Shown here piece by piece: positions 51,710 to 64,000 of a stretch of DNA of 64,000 bases. A program made the position numbers and the translations under genes. The stretch is from Octopus bimaculoides (Eukaryota), in NCBI RefSeq assembly GCF_001194135.2, contig NC_069004.1, forward strand, positions 25,180,221-25,244,220, written 5' to 3'. The notes under the pieces were generated by a model. The model worked only from the letters and a program-made list of their open reading frames with translations, was not told the DNA's origin and did no database searches. The stretch's first letter is position 1, and every line of letters begins with the position of its first letter.

Positions 51710-51779
51710 TGACGTCACAAAAACAAACATATGCATTACTGACGTCACACAAATAAACATGTAGACATTGTTGACGTCA
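51710..51779. promoter_or_regulatory. Three perfect CRE palindromes (TGACGTCA)
   Basis: At 51710, 51740 and 51772, in a ~30-bp degenerate tandem repeat. Confidence 0.45.
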
Positions 51780-51984
51780 TAGGAACTTCATATACTTTCA
51801 AGAGGACATGAACTACTGCATCTTTGGAATATCTCGAAGAACACACAAAAGCTGTAAACAATGGAACCGAGATATTGGGTTGAAAAACCCTTTTGGATAC
51901 TCGTTTTCTATCAAAAGGGTGTTTCGATATGCTGTTATTTATAATTTTATTTCTGTGCTTCGAGATATGCCTATAAAGAATATA

Positions 51985-52232
51985 GAAAGGCTAAAGACCC
52001 CCTTCGGTCATGAAGGGCCACGGGATTGCACCAAGAAAGTTCCCCTCCAAGCCGATACAGCTTGGTGCCAGTAACATTGTAACGCATTTCTACAGATGCG
52101 TGAACTGGAATAGCGTGAAATGAAGTGTCTTGCTCAAGAACATAACACAACACACAGCTCGGTCTGAGTATCGAACTCGCTACCTCACGGCTGTGAGCTT
52201 GTCGCACTGACCACTGAGTCATGCGCTTCACT
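51985..52232 (-). mobile_element. SINE family C2, partial
   Basis: CCGATACAGCTTGGTGCCAGT..GTCTTGCTCAAGAACA..TAACCACTGAG-like head. Confidence 0.82.
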
Positions 52233-52534
52233 AAAGGATATATATATATATANNNNNNNNNNNNNNNNNNNNNNNNNNNNNNNNNNNNNNNNNNNNNNNN
52301 NNNNNNNNNNNNNNNNNNNNNNNNNNNNNNNNNNNNNNNNNNNNNNNNNNNNNNNNNNNNNNNNNNNNNNNNNNNNNNNNNNNNNNNNNNNNNNNNNNNN
52401 NNNNNNNNNNNNNNNNNNNNNNNNNNNNNNNNNNNNNNNNNNNNNNNNNNNNNNNNNNNNNNNNNNNNNNNNNNNNNNNNNNNNNNNNNNNNNNNNNNNN
52501 ATATATATATGGATGTTTGTATATGTAGAGATCT

Positions 52535-52972
52535 TTTATTGCATGTTTTAGTCATTACACTGCGGCCATGGTGGGTCACCACCTTGAAGAAATTTTAGTC
52601 GAATGAATTGATCCCAGTAATTATAACTTTTCTTTAAAGCCTGGTAATTTTTCAATTGGGCTCTTTTGCCGAATCACTAAATTACTGGGACGTACACACA
52701 CCAACACAGGTTGACAAACGATGATGGGAGACAAACACACATACACACGCTCACACACGCATACACACGCGCACATATAGATGTGTGTTTGTGCGTGTGT
52801 GTGTGTGATGGGCTTCTTTCAGTTCCCGTCTACCAAATCCACTCACAAGGCATTGATTGGCCCGCGACTTTAGTAGAAGACATATGCCAAGGGTGCCACG
52901 CAGTGCGACTGAACCTGGATCCATGTGGTTGGGAACCAAGCTTCTTAACACACAGCCACACCCGTTAAGTCG
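52535..52972 (-). mobile_element. SINE family A
   Basis: Matches the other A copies, more diverged. Confidence 0.85.
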
Positions 52973-52988
52973 CATATANNNNNNNNNN

Positions 52989-53031
<43 letters not shown>

Positions 53032-53559
53032 GTGTTGTCTTTAATCAGTGCTTGTAAGATGCGAGAACTTTCCACATTTTGAACAAGTATCAAAGAGTTT
53101 AAAATTATATTATCACCACATAAACCGACCATAACGTGACTGGCTGTTATCTAGCTATATGGTTTGTTGCTACCCCCAATTTACAAATAACACATCTTAC
53201 ACATCCTACACCTTATTCTCGCAATGAATATTCAATTGGCAGGCGCCGAATGTATCCATTGATTTTGGAGATTGGCTTCCATAAATAACTGAACGAAAAT
53301 CATGTCCATAAGTAATATATCTATGATTAGTAATCAAACGTGTTCATTCCATCTGGGAACTTCTATGATGTAATTTCCATTTTCATTTTCAGAAATATTC
53401 TGTGATGCGAAATGATTATTATAGACAATATTTCAGAATCTATCAATTCCTGCTACTAATTTTTGAAATACTTGTATGATTTCAACACAAACAACTCTAC
53501 AAATTTACAACCATCGCTATTAACATTATCAGACAACGAGAAAACATGACGGAAGGGGT

Positions 53560-54060
53560 GAGCCACTCGATGGACGCCCGATATGCTAGAAATGGTAGTC
53601 GTCTTCCTCAAATCACTTGCTGCAGTCTTTCGGGATTTTATTTCTTTTAAGCGTGCACAGACTAATGAATCACTACATCGTTACTCGGCATGCTAGAAAT
53701 AAGAACCCTCTCCCTGAAATCACATCCTACTGGATTTTAAGTGGTACGTTATCTATTGGTTACTGAACCACTACAAGGTCGCTGGGCATGTTAGAAATAT
53801 GAGCCGTCTCCCTCACTACACCTTAGAATCGTTAAGTGGTATATTACACTTTGTCTAATGAACACTACATGGTCACTCAACATGTCAGAAATATAAGTCA
53901 TATCTTTAAAATCCCTCAAAGCATTCCTTTTTCTTTATCCTCAACATTGACTTATATACTACCACATGGACGGCCGACATGTTAGAAATAAAATTCGTCT
54001 CCCTCAAATGACATCATGAAGTCTTTTATTCAAGCTCACATTGGCTAATATAGTCCTATG
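53560..54060. repeat. Degenerate ~97-bp tandem repeat, five units
   Basis: Anchor (C)ATGYTAGAAAT or a close variant at about 53583, 53689, 53787, 53881, 53978. Confidence 0.8.
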
Positions 54061-54914
54061 AAAGTGATGGCGATCTTATGACACACGTACTAGCGCTGTC
54101 ACACAATGGCTTACTATCTTTTGTGGGGGGTTTTTAGGCTATTTCCAGTGCTAGATAAAGTTGGGTAAAAGCAAGGACAAACATTGAAGGTTACTCCGAT
54201 CTAGTCTGACTTTTCCAAGAGAATGTCCTTTGGCTCTTACTTCCGTTTCTTATCCTCATTGGTATCGGTTCAGTTGCATTATTCGCAATTTTAAGCATAC
54301 TGATAGTTCAAATTCTACAACTGGCGACAATGTCATATGCTTTTTGTAATCGATCAATCGCATCGCTAAGCCACTTTATTTTTTTCATGCAGTTTCATGT
54401 AAGCATCTTATCAGAGCTTGCCTTGCGAAACGTTCCCTTCATCAGCCATCAACTACAGATCGCAACGATTTTGACACGTGATACGACTGCTACTTCCGGC
54501 TATACTTAGTGGCATTGCCCTTTCTGGGAAATGTCTGGATTATTGTGGCCCATAAAGTAGCATTTTGTTATTTGATTCTTTTAACTTTGCAGTAATAATA
54601 CCAAACAAAGTGTAGCTGTAACAGATCGCAGAATCACTTCGTCCAGCTGCTTTGATTCACTCAAGGAATACCAAATTCTCCACATACTTTAATCTCACAT
54701 TGTAGCACCATTTTTACCCGTGTTATCACCCAAGCAACGATTGCACCACACAGAGTGCAGATGCAATGAATCCATTCGCGCGGCAACTATTTTGTTGTTA
54801 TTACGCTTTGAGGATGTCTTCTCTGCTCTTTCCTTTAGCCTTTCTTTCGAATCTGCCACATCTATAATGAAGAATTTTACAATTATTTTTTCATTAAGCT
54901 GGACATCGACATCT

Positions 54915-56150
54915 GTTCGGTGGTCACAGTAAATGGCCACCTATCGGAATCGTTTAGCATCGCTCGTTCGGTCCGTCAAGGATGCCCACTTTCACCTCTT
55001 CTGTACGTACTGGTTCTCGAGCCACTGCTGCGGAAGCTGGATGTTTCGAGGGGCATCCCACGTGATCTAGGATGCGGTGGGTTCGTGTCGACTCACTTAG
55101 ACGACATCACCGTAATAGTGTCGGACATCTCGGAAATCGAGGTGGTCGGCGCTGCTCTAAAGGAGTACGAAGCGGTGACAGGGGCAAAAAGCAGCTCAGC
55201 ACCTGGGGATGCAGGTCAATGCCAACTGACAGCGTTGTAAGATGCTGGGCGGAAGGCCCGGAAAAACTACTCGGAATCTGGTTTGGTCCAGACCCCCAAG
55301 TGCGGAGGTGACGAGCTGGGTAGCCAATCTCACCCAGAAGTGGGCAGAGAGGAAGCTGTCACTGAAGGGTCGAGCGGAGGTGGCGTACATCGCTTCCGTC
55401 ATCTACCACCGCCTGACCGTCGTTTCTTGCTGCTATTTCGTGCCTGATGAAGATGGCGCTTGCTCTTCCACTTTCTATGGAAGGGACGTGTTCTGCTCAT
55501 CAGACGATCCATCTGCTGTCAACAGCCGCTGAGTGGCTAATGATGCGCAGACATACGCTGAGGCTGCCACATCGTCAGCGTTTCCTTAACGGTGAGCAGG
55601 TGTCGTCGTCGTTCGTCAAACGAGACTTTCTGCAGCTCGTCTCATTGATGGAGCAACAGTCCTGGGTCAGGCGTAGACCAAGAAAGGGCGCTTGGCCCCC
55701 TGGATTATGGGCAAGTGCTCACGGTCTTCTGCCAGTCGGGCAACGCGGTCGGTGGAAGTTCCACCATGGAGTTCTTTAGAGGATTAGTGGAGGGGAAGAG
55801 CGACGACGTACTCGGGGAAAATTTGGGTGTCGAGAAGGAACAACTAACTTGTCATTTCCGGAGGACTTTCGGGCCGCGGTCTGTGGGCAACTTCCAGAAA
55901 TCCCTGGCCTAGTACTGCTACTGAGGAGAGCTCAACCGATTCGAGACAAGCTCAACAGACAGGGAAGTGCTGTCAGACGGACTTGTCCGAGGTGTGCGCA
56001 GTGCGATGAAACCATCCTTCATGCACTCGTCTAGCGTCTTGTGCATTACTGACCTGTGTCTTAAATGTATGTGTTGTATTACAAGAAGATCTTTCGTTAC
56101 TGCCCCTGCCACTCACCCTCCCCAAGCTCTCAGTCATACTGTAACATCTC
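54915..56150 (+). mobile_element. Tx1/L1-like LINE, 5'-truncated and decayed (RT C-half plus zinc knuckle)
   Basis: VNGHLSESFSIARSVRQGCPLSPLLYVLVLEPLL..HLDDITV; LSLKGRAEV; IRDKL..CPRCAQCDETILHALV. Confidence 0.9.
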
Positions 56151-56151
56151 T

Positions 56152-56226
56152 TATCCTACACTCGCCTTAGGATACTCGGTGTGTTTCGGCGAGTGATTGT
56201 AACCAACATGCAGATTACAAGTAAAT
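56152..56226 (+). other. Two-hairpin motif at the 3' end of the Tx1-like fragment, followed by a (CAA)/(TAA)n tail
   Basis: Perfect 8-bp stem 56159-56166/56188-56195 and 6-bp stem 56197-56202/56215-56220. Confidence 0.7.
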
Positions 56227-56227
56227 G

Positions 56228-56294
<67 letters not shown>

Positions 56295-56299
56295 TAGTC

Positions 56300-57070
56300 C
56301 TTTCTACTATAGGCACAAGGCCTGGAATTTTGTGGGAGAGGGTAAGTCAATTACATTGACCCCAGTAATTAACTGGTACTTAATTTATCGATTCTGAAAG
56401 GATGAAAGGAGTAGTCGACCTCGGCGAAATTTGAACTCAGAACGTAGCGACGGGAGAAATACCGCTAAGCACTTCGGCCAGCGCGCTAACGATTCTGTCA
56501 GCTCACCGCCTTAAACAAGAAGAAGAAGAAGAAGAAGAAGAAGAAGAAGAAGAAGAAGAAGAAGAAGAAGAAGAAGAAGAAGAAGAANNNNNNNNNNNNN
56601 NNNNNNNNNNNNNNNNNNNNNNNNNNNNNNNNNNNNNNNNNNNNNNNNNNNNNNNNNNNNNNNNNNNNNNNNNNNNNNNNNNNNNNNNNNNNNNNNNNNN
56701 NNNNNNNNNNNNNNNNNNNNNNNNNNNNNNNNNNNNNNNNNNNNNNNAGAAGAAGAAGAAGAAAAAGAAGAAGAAGAAGAAGAAGAAGAAGAAGAAGAAG
56801 AAGAAGAAGAAGAACGAGAAGAAGAAGAAGAAGAAGAAGAAGAAGAAGAAGAAGAAGAAGAAGAAGAAGAAGAAGAAGAAGAAGAACGAGAAGAAGAAGA
56901 AGAAGAAGAAGAAATCACTTCAAATCTTTGCACAAATTCAGCAATGTCAAGGGAAGGGGTAAGTTGATTACATCGCCCCAGTACTCAACATCAACCCCTA
57001 AGGGATGACAAGCAAAGTTGATCAGGGCAGTATTCGAACTCAGAACGTTGAGCCGAACGAAATGCCGCTT
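56300..57070 (-). mobile_element. Two SINE B copies separated by a (GAA)n tract and N-gap
   Basis: 56300-56512 full length; 56925-57070 partial. Confidence 0.85.
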
Positions 57071-57679
57071 TATTTTAACAACAATAATAATTTCACTTGG
57101 TCGATTCACGTCACCCGAATAGCAGTTATATATATGGTTCTTTCTACATGTCTGTTGAAATTAAGCTCAAAATTGTATTATGTATGTAGAAAGTGTATGT
57201 ATGGTGGGAGAGGAAGAGGCAGAAAGTGGTAGAATGTTTACTTGTTAAGAACTGATAGCAGACAAAAACACACTGAGGAATTAGTAACATCGAATGATTC
57301 AAATCGGCTATTTTGGATTTGTAATTGGGAATTGGAATTTATTTCATTTATTCTCACCCTTTCTCAGTCTTTCTTTGTCTGTCTCTCCCTCTCTCTCTCT
57401 CTCTCTCACGCATATACACACACATTCTTTCTCTCCCTCTGTCTTTCTTTCTCTCCATCATTGTGTTTCTCTCTCTCCGGTTCTCTCTCTGCCCCTCTCT
57501 CTCTCTTCCCTTTCTTACATTTTATTCTCTAGCAATTATTTGCTTCCGTTTCATTCTGTATTGCAATCTGTATGCCTAGGAATATGTTTGTATGTATATA
57601 TGTGTACACACACGCAAATATATGCATATACAGATATATATATACATACATACATGCATATATATATATATATATATAC

Positions 57680-57721
<42 letters not shown>

Positions 57722-58884
57722 ATATACATATATATGTATATTCACACACAGAGATACACGTATATATATGTATATATCATTTAATAGACAAAATACATGT
57801 TGTTTTTTTTATGTGTTACTAATCGTTACTTGTGCCAAGGACATACGAAACAAATTTTATAAAATGTCTGACATCTCGGCACAATCATCAGGCACTAGGC
57901 TTAACAAACTAAAGTTTCAATGAGAGGAGAAACAAGAAAAGGCGACAAGGAGGTATATGGAATAAGTGGAAGGTTAAAAAACCGGAAGACGTAAAAATAA
58001 TCAGTAAGAAGTAAAAGGAGGAGAGTTCTTTCCCTCAGACTGTAAATTATAAGGCGGGGAAAACTAGTGACTAAGAGTTTATGGTACAAGTTAATCAAAT
58101 GTAAAAGAAACTTCCTAAATCTTCAATAGGAACTAAGGCATATGTTTACAACCGCTGAAAATTTCAGGTCTAAAGTTCAGCAGTGAGTTACATCTTAGAT
58201 CTGTAAAGATCTGAGCTCTTCAGCTAAACATAGCTTGCATTTTTTGATCCGTTAACATGAAGTGTGAATTTTTCGATTATTTTCCACTTTATCATATGAG
58301 TTATTGTGTTAGATTTCAAACTCCATGCGTGACTAGCCAACATAGTGGTTTTGCTTTTGTCTTTATGTCGGAAGGAAGCTATGTGACTGTTTATATAGGA
58401 AGATAATTAATGTGTATTATCTCCCTTCCATTGGTTTTATATTTTTTAATTTGTAAAGTAACATATGGATGAAATTGTAGTTATACTGTACGTTCAAGGG
58501 GAACCTCGTTTGTGAAATAGAAGAAGAGATTCGTCGAAACAAGAATGAAAATAAACCGTGTAGTTGCATGGGGATGTAATTAAAGTGTGTGATTAAAGAG
58601 AGATTTGGTTGTTGTTTCCAGTTCATCCGAAGACCACCTTCCTGGTTTTCACTCTCACATTTATTGATGTTTTTGAATATTTTTCTTCCCATAAACACAT
58701 TTTATGGAATGATGATCCGGAATTTAAATTTTGACCCCTACCTCAATTTTGCGAGGCTCTGTGTGTGTGAATGTGAGTAACAAAAAATATTTTGTATGCT
58801 ATTAAACTTAACTATCTTTTAAATAACCCACCTCGCTTTTTGTAATCAGTGTGGATAGATGTCAGAAATGACCTCAGTCCTTAC

Positions 58885-59300
58885 TCTTTTACTCTCTCTT
58901 TACTCTTTTACTTGTTTCAGTCATTTGACTGTGGCCATGCTGGAGCACCACCTTTAGTCGAGCAAATCGTCCCCAGGACTTATTCTTTGTAAGCCTAGTA
59001 CTTATTCTATCGGTCTCTTTTGCCGAACCGCTAAGTTACGGGGACGTAAACACACCAGCATCGGTTGTCAAGCAATGTTGGGGGGACAAACACAGACACG
59101 CAAACATATACACACACATACATATATATACGTATATACGACAGGCTTCTTTCAGTTTCCGTCTACCAAATCCATTCACAAGGCTTTGGTCGGCCCGAGG
59201 CTATAGTAGAAGACACTTGCCCAAGGTGCCACGCAGTGGGACTGAACCCGGAACCATGTGGTTGGTAAGCAAGCTACTTACCACACAGCCACTCCTTCAC
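58885..59300 (-). mobile_element. SINE family A, full length, young, with (TTTTACTC)n tail
   Basis: Near-identical to 41160-41573 and 11951-12288. Confidence 0.94.
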
Positions 59301-60821
59301 CTGTCAAATATTTAAAATTATAAGCAGAAAGAATGAGAGGTAGGATGTGGTGTTGAAAAAAAGTCATTTTTAAATGTTTTTTAGGGCATAAATGTGTTTA
59401 TAGGAAGAAAAATATTTAAAAAGATAAATACATGCGAGATCGTGGCCTTGGGATGTGCTAGAAACAACAGCCAAATCACAGTTTTTCCTCTGATGATTTT
59501 TAAGTGCCTCCCCTCCTCAAAAAATCTCAAAAATCGGTCGAGAGAGGGATGGTTAGGATGGAGTAAAAAAAGTGAACTTATATGGTCTTCTTGATCGGTC
59601 TATTTTCGAAACTCCTCTCTCCCTCCCCTCGGAGAACATTTTACTCACAAATTCCTTTATAATCGTAATATATGCCGTTTCAAAGATAATTATATAAACT
59701 TTCATTAAAAAATACCCATTTTCCTCAAAGTTTTGAAGCAAAGAAATAGGATCATGTAAATTTTCCGAAACTCCTCTCTGCAACCCCTTGAAATAATTCT
59801 TTCCCCAAAATCCAAATATACTCTGAATGTACAGCATTTAAGCAAGTTTTGTTGAAAATTTCGTGTACATGGTTCTGGAAGTTATGTGACAATAGGAGTG
59901 GAGAATCTGTAGTTATGCCTGGAAACTTGTTGTCGCTCCCATCAAAGCAGAATTGTTTAATCATCCTCATGCAACTTCACAATTTACTTTCATTCTTGTG
60001 TAATTATTTTCATGAATCTCTTCTGTTTCACAAGCGAAGCTCTACTTTAACCTACCATATAATTACAACTTCATCCATAAGTAACTTAACAGTTTCATCT
60101 AAAACTATAATAAAATCAGTATGACTATGATAACCATTCCTTAACACTTATATGTCTTTCAGATTTATGTGCTGCCAGCTGACTCAAACAACATTTACTT
60201 CACCTTCCTACGATGCCCCGCCAAAAAGTTCTATTTCCGGTTATGTTCAATACAATATAAATGTATAATGTCCAATATCCATAGTACAATTTTGGCAGCT
60301 TTTTTCAACTCAGTCAATAACGAGTGTTTCTGCTAGTATATATATATATAAANNNNNNNNNNNNNNNNNNNNNNNNNNNNNNNNNNNNNNNNNNNNNNNN
60401 NNNNNNNNNNNNNNNNNNNNNNNNNNNNNNNNNNNNNNNNNNNNNNNNNNNNNNNNNNNNNNNNNNNNNNNNNNNNNNNNNNNNNNNNNNNNNNNNNNNN
60501 NNNNNNNNNNNNNNNNNNNNNNNNNNNNNNNNNNNNNNNNNNNNNNNNNNNNNNNTGTTTCATTCATTAGATAGCGGCGGTGCTGAAAAGATGCCTTCAA
60601 GAACTTTAGTCGAATAAATCGACCCTAGGACTTATTTTCTGGGATTTTTTTTAACCTGGTACTTGCCGGACCACTAATTTACAGAGACATAACCACATAA
60701 ACACTGGTTACCAAATAGGGGTGAGGGACGCAAAACACACACTCGTAGACTGATCGCCATGATTGATCGCGAGCCACTAAACCCTCTTTTTATTTTCTCT
60801 CTCCCTGTTTATTTCTGTGTT

Positions 60822-60860
60822 CCCTTCTGTTGAAGAGCGTAGGCTCGAAACGTAAAAGAC
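60822..60860 (+). ncRNA. Hammerhead-like variant motif
   Basis: CTGTTGA-A-GAGC-GTAG-GCTC-GAAA-CG-TA|AAAG; perfect stem II and ACGT palindrome, but U replaces core A6 and stem I is weak. Confidence 0.35.
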
Positions 60861-61114
60861 TTTCTCACTTCCCGAACATTAAACTAATATATCTGTTTGG
60901 TGTTCACACACCCGTCTTTGTCTTCTTTTTTTGTTTGTTTATTTTTGTGAATTCCAACTCTCTCTTTTCCTTTTGTAATTTCTCTCTCTCTATCTCTCTC
61001 TCTATCGCTTTCTCTTCATGACCGAATATATGTTTGGATATGTGTGTACGTGTGTAACATATATGTATGTATATCGTCACACTTATATACACATCCGTAC
61101 GCACGCACACAAGG

Positions 61115-61230
<116 letters not shown>

Positions 61231-61453
61231 TCCCATTGTGCCTTTCCATATCTAACATCCCGAATTACTCTACAGCCTACAATATAACCTATATTGGCAT
61301 CATTAACAGGAAACTCCTACGGATTCTGCCCTGAGAAGAAGATTCCAGAAAATTCCTTCCATACAAAATGAAATTTCAAGGTTTTCGCAGAGATGCCTTG
61401 AGTCCTATTTAGACAATAAGAGATGTTGGTTTGGTTCGTAAAAATGTAAGAAT

Positions 61454-61474
61454 ATGCACACCTGCAGATAATAG

Positions 61475-61535
<61 letters not shown>

Positions 61536-61569
61536 AATGATGATGATGATGATGATGATGAAGATGATT

Positions 61570-61623
<54 letters not shown>

Positions 61624-61625
61624 GT
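61454..61625. repeat. (GAT)n microsatellite
   Basis: Direct reading. Confidence 0.97.
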
Positions 61626-61949
61626 GAGAATGATAATGATGAAGAGGTGAATGTGGAGAAGGAGGATGACGACGTGTGGGAATAAGATCGTAGTAATGAC
61701 GATTAGGACAACGAAATGATGTCGACGGTTACAAAACGATGATGATGATGATCATGATGATGACGATGACGGCGGCGATGGTGAATAACCTCCATCTCCA
61801 CTACCTCTGTTCTTGTATCGAAATTAGAAACTGTTACCAATTACCAAAGCGGCCGATTGGCTGAATTGTTGAATCAACGAAAAAAATGCGTTTCGTTATT
61901 TCTTTCAACAGTTTACGTTTTCGGTAGGCACTTTAATTTATAATGAAGT

Positions 61950-63182
61950 TATAAATCGATTGTCTCCTTCGGAATAGTTCCCTTGAGAAGCCATACAGCT
62001 CTCAAGGCGTTGCTTCCGCGTTTCACAGCAGTGCTGGAATTCAGAATCTCAAATGGTTTTAAGGTGTTCGGTTACAGCCTTTTTTGGTTTTGTTTTCCAG
62101 CATGCCAAAATGATGACCTGTTAAGTGTATTTTCCATCTGGAGAAAAAAAAGAAGCAACACAGATTCAGATCAAGTGAATATGAGGGCTGACGGGGCAAC
62201 AGGGATTCTTTTCCGTGCCAAAAACTCTGTAATTGAAAGCGCCATGTGACAAGGCAGACTGTCGTGGTGCAGCATCCAGGTGACATCGACATTTAGACTC
62301 GCGCGAACAACCCGATTTTGCAGCCTTTTAAGATCTTCAGGGTAAAAATGCTTATTGACCTTCTATCCTTGAGACACGATTTTTTTTTTTATGAACAACT
62401 CCATTATTATCAACAAAGCAAATGAGCATGGTTTTCATTTACCATTTGCTTATTCTCGTTTTTTCGGCCTCGGTGCCACTCTTGGCTTAGCGTTTTGTTT
62501 CTGGATCCTACTCAAAAATCTATCATCCGTAATGACGTTTCTGAGAAAACCTGGGTAATTTTCAGTCCATTCCAGGAGATCACAGCACACTTCTTTCCTG
62601 TTATCTTTTTGTTCAGGAGTAAGATTCTGGGGGAACAAATTTCCTCATTCTCAATTCATTAGTCAAAACTTGACGGACAGTTAGTGTGGTTCAAATCCAG
62701 CTTCTCTGCAATCAATCTGACGGTTATTCGATTGTCAAATCGTATGAGGTTTCTGGTACGTTCCGCATTTTCCTCATTTCTTGAAATCGATGGGCTTCCT
62801 GGCCGAAAGTCATATTCAACGGATTCTCTGCCTTCTAAAAAAGCTTTGTACCATCCGAAAGTTTGTGCTCTTGATAAAACAGCCCCCCCCCCCCGTCAGA
62901 CTGTTGAACTTTTGCACAAGTTTTAGTGACGTTGTGTCCGAGTATGAAATAGAACTTAATCGCACAGCGTTGCTCGTAACTGTCGCTCGTTTTCAGGATA
63001 CACAAAATAAGATCATTTCAAAAAACGTGCACTCACTGTTCACTTCTTAACGCCACGTTGTTGCTGCATGAACTGAAATTATAGGGGACGTTGATTTGGT
63101 AACACCACGAAGGGGAACCGCGCAGTGTTGCTAGATCGAACGCTATAAGACGAGTTTCATTACTTTATTTACAGGCCTCGTA
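61950..63182 (-). mobile_element. Near full-length decayed mariner, one TIR retained
   Basis: TIR TA|CGAGGCCTGTAAATAAAGTAATGAAAC at 63182; AIKFYFILG..GWYKAFLEGRES; PQNLTPEQKDNRKEVCCDLL..RNVITDD; QPSYSLDL. Confidence 0.88.
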
Positions 63183-63779
63183 TATCATAGATTTATTCGT
63201 ATTTAATTCCTAATCCACACACATACACACAGAAAAAGCAGTTCGTTGCCATTTTGAAAGATGATAACACGGTGAGTCATAAATCATAAATAAATCATTA
63301 GTTCAGCCGTGAAATGTCTTACAAGAAATTGTTTCTCAAATTTCAGCCGCTGCTACGAAGAACAGAAACTAAAATCTAATAAAACATCTGGAAATAGAAA
63401 TACAATATCGTGAATATAATAAACCGCCATTACTGAATGCACTGATTGACTTCTATATATATAGATAGAAATGATGAAGGGGCGGAGGGAAGGGTGTCAA
63501 ATATTAATAACATGAGATATTCTGTAATAATGATTGATAATACTACAACAAGTGTGTGTGTGAATATTTACAATAGAGACAAAAAATCTAAAGAAGATGG
63601 TGATTGGAAGAAGAGGAAAGGAGGATGGAAGAGGATAGTAAAAAGGAGGGGGGAGGAGGGAGGAAGAGATGGAGAGGAAGAAGGAGGAAGAGGAAAAGAT
63701 GAAGAAAACAGAAGGGAGAAATAGAGAAAGTTGTAGAGGAAAGAAGTAGAATGGAAAGAAGAAGAGTGAGAAGGGGAGG

Positions 63780-63890
63780 AGGAGGACGGGGAGGAGGAGA
63801 AGAAGAAGAAGAAGAAGAAGAAGAAGAAGAAGAAGAAGAAGAAGAAGAAGAAGAAGAAGAAGAAGAAGAAGAAGAAAGAAGGAAAGAAAG
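63780..63890. repeat. (GGA)/(GAA)n microsatellite
   Basis: Direct reading. Confidence 0.95.
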
Positions 63891-64000
63891 AAATATAAGA
63901 ATTTTAGGCTTGAATAGGTAATTCCAATATTATTATATTTGGATATATCTCTATCTTGTTGGCATTTTTTGTCATTTTTATGATATTTTAAATAAATTCT

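Noticed and set aside
53560-54060. CRISPR-like repeat-spacer array
   Set aside because: Eukaryotic context, degenerate repeats, linkers still weakly alignable, no cas genes
54100-54870. Decayed coding-like sequence or exon on the minus strand
   Set aside because: Stops in all frames and no motif I can assign; needs a tblastx search
57865-57897. Minus-strand CTGATGA..GAGA..GTC as a hammerhead
   Set aside because: GAAA is replaced by GAGA and neither stem I nor stem II pairs
61431-61685. Acidic poly-Asp protein
   Set aside because: (GAT)n microsatellite with decaying flanks; no splice or homology support

Overview
AT-rich, repeat-saturated eukaryotic DNA from a short-read assembly. It has about 18 N-gaps, almost all flanked by (TA)n, (TG)n, (GA)n or (GAA)n. 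The tRNA-headed SINE families and microsatellite load look like a coleoid cephalopod, probably Octopus (inference from recalled repeat families, not a database hit). I can support no intact host protein-coding gene; nearly all ORF-track entries are microsatellite or N-gap artefacts. The window contains many SINEs (labelled A, B, C/C2, D here) and decayed mariner elements. It also holds LINE fragments (RTE-X, RTE, RTE-BovB, R4/Dong, Tx1/L1-like), two Penelope GIY-YIG fragments, a Helitron-like N-terminal repeat, a Ulp1-like fragment, foldback elements and minisatellites. The most notable signal is non-coding. A tandem pair of ~375-bp repeats (13672-14445) each carries an identical minimal type I hammerhead ribozyme on the minus strand with a self-complementary stem III, the architecture of a non-LTR retrozyme or Penelope pseudo-LTR, predicting a 374-nt self-excised, possibly circular RNA. 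A second, unrelated hammerhead lies at 8948-9008 and a variant hammerhead-like motif at 60822-60860. All three have an extra nucleotide right after the CUGANGA box. Ribozyme activity is inferred from structure only.
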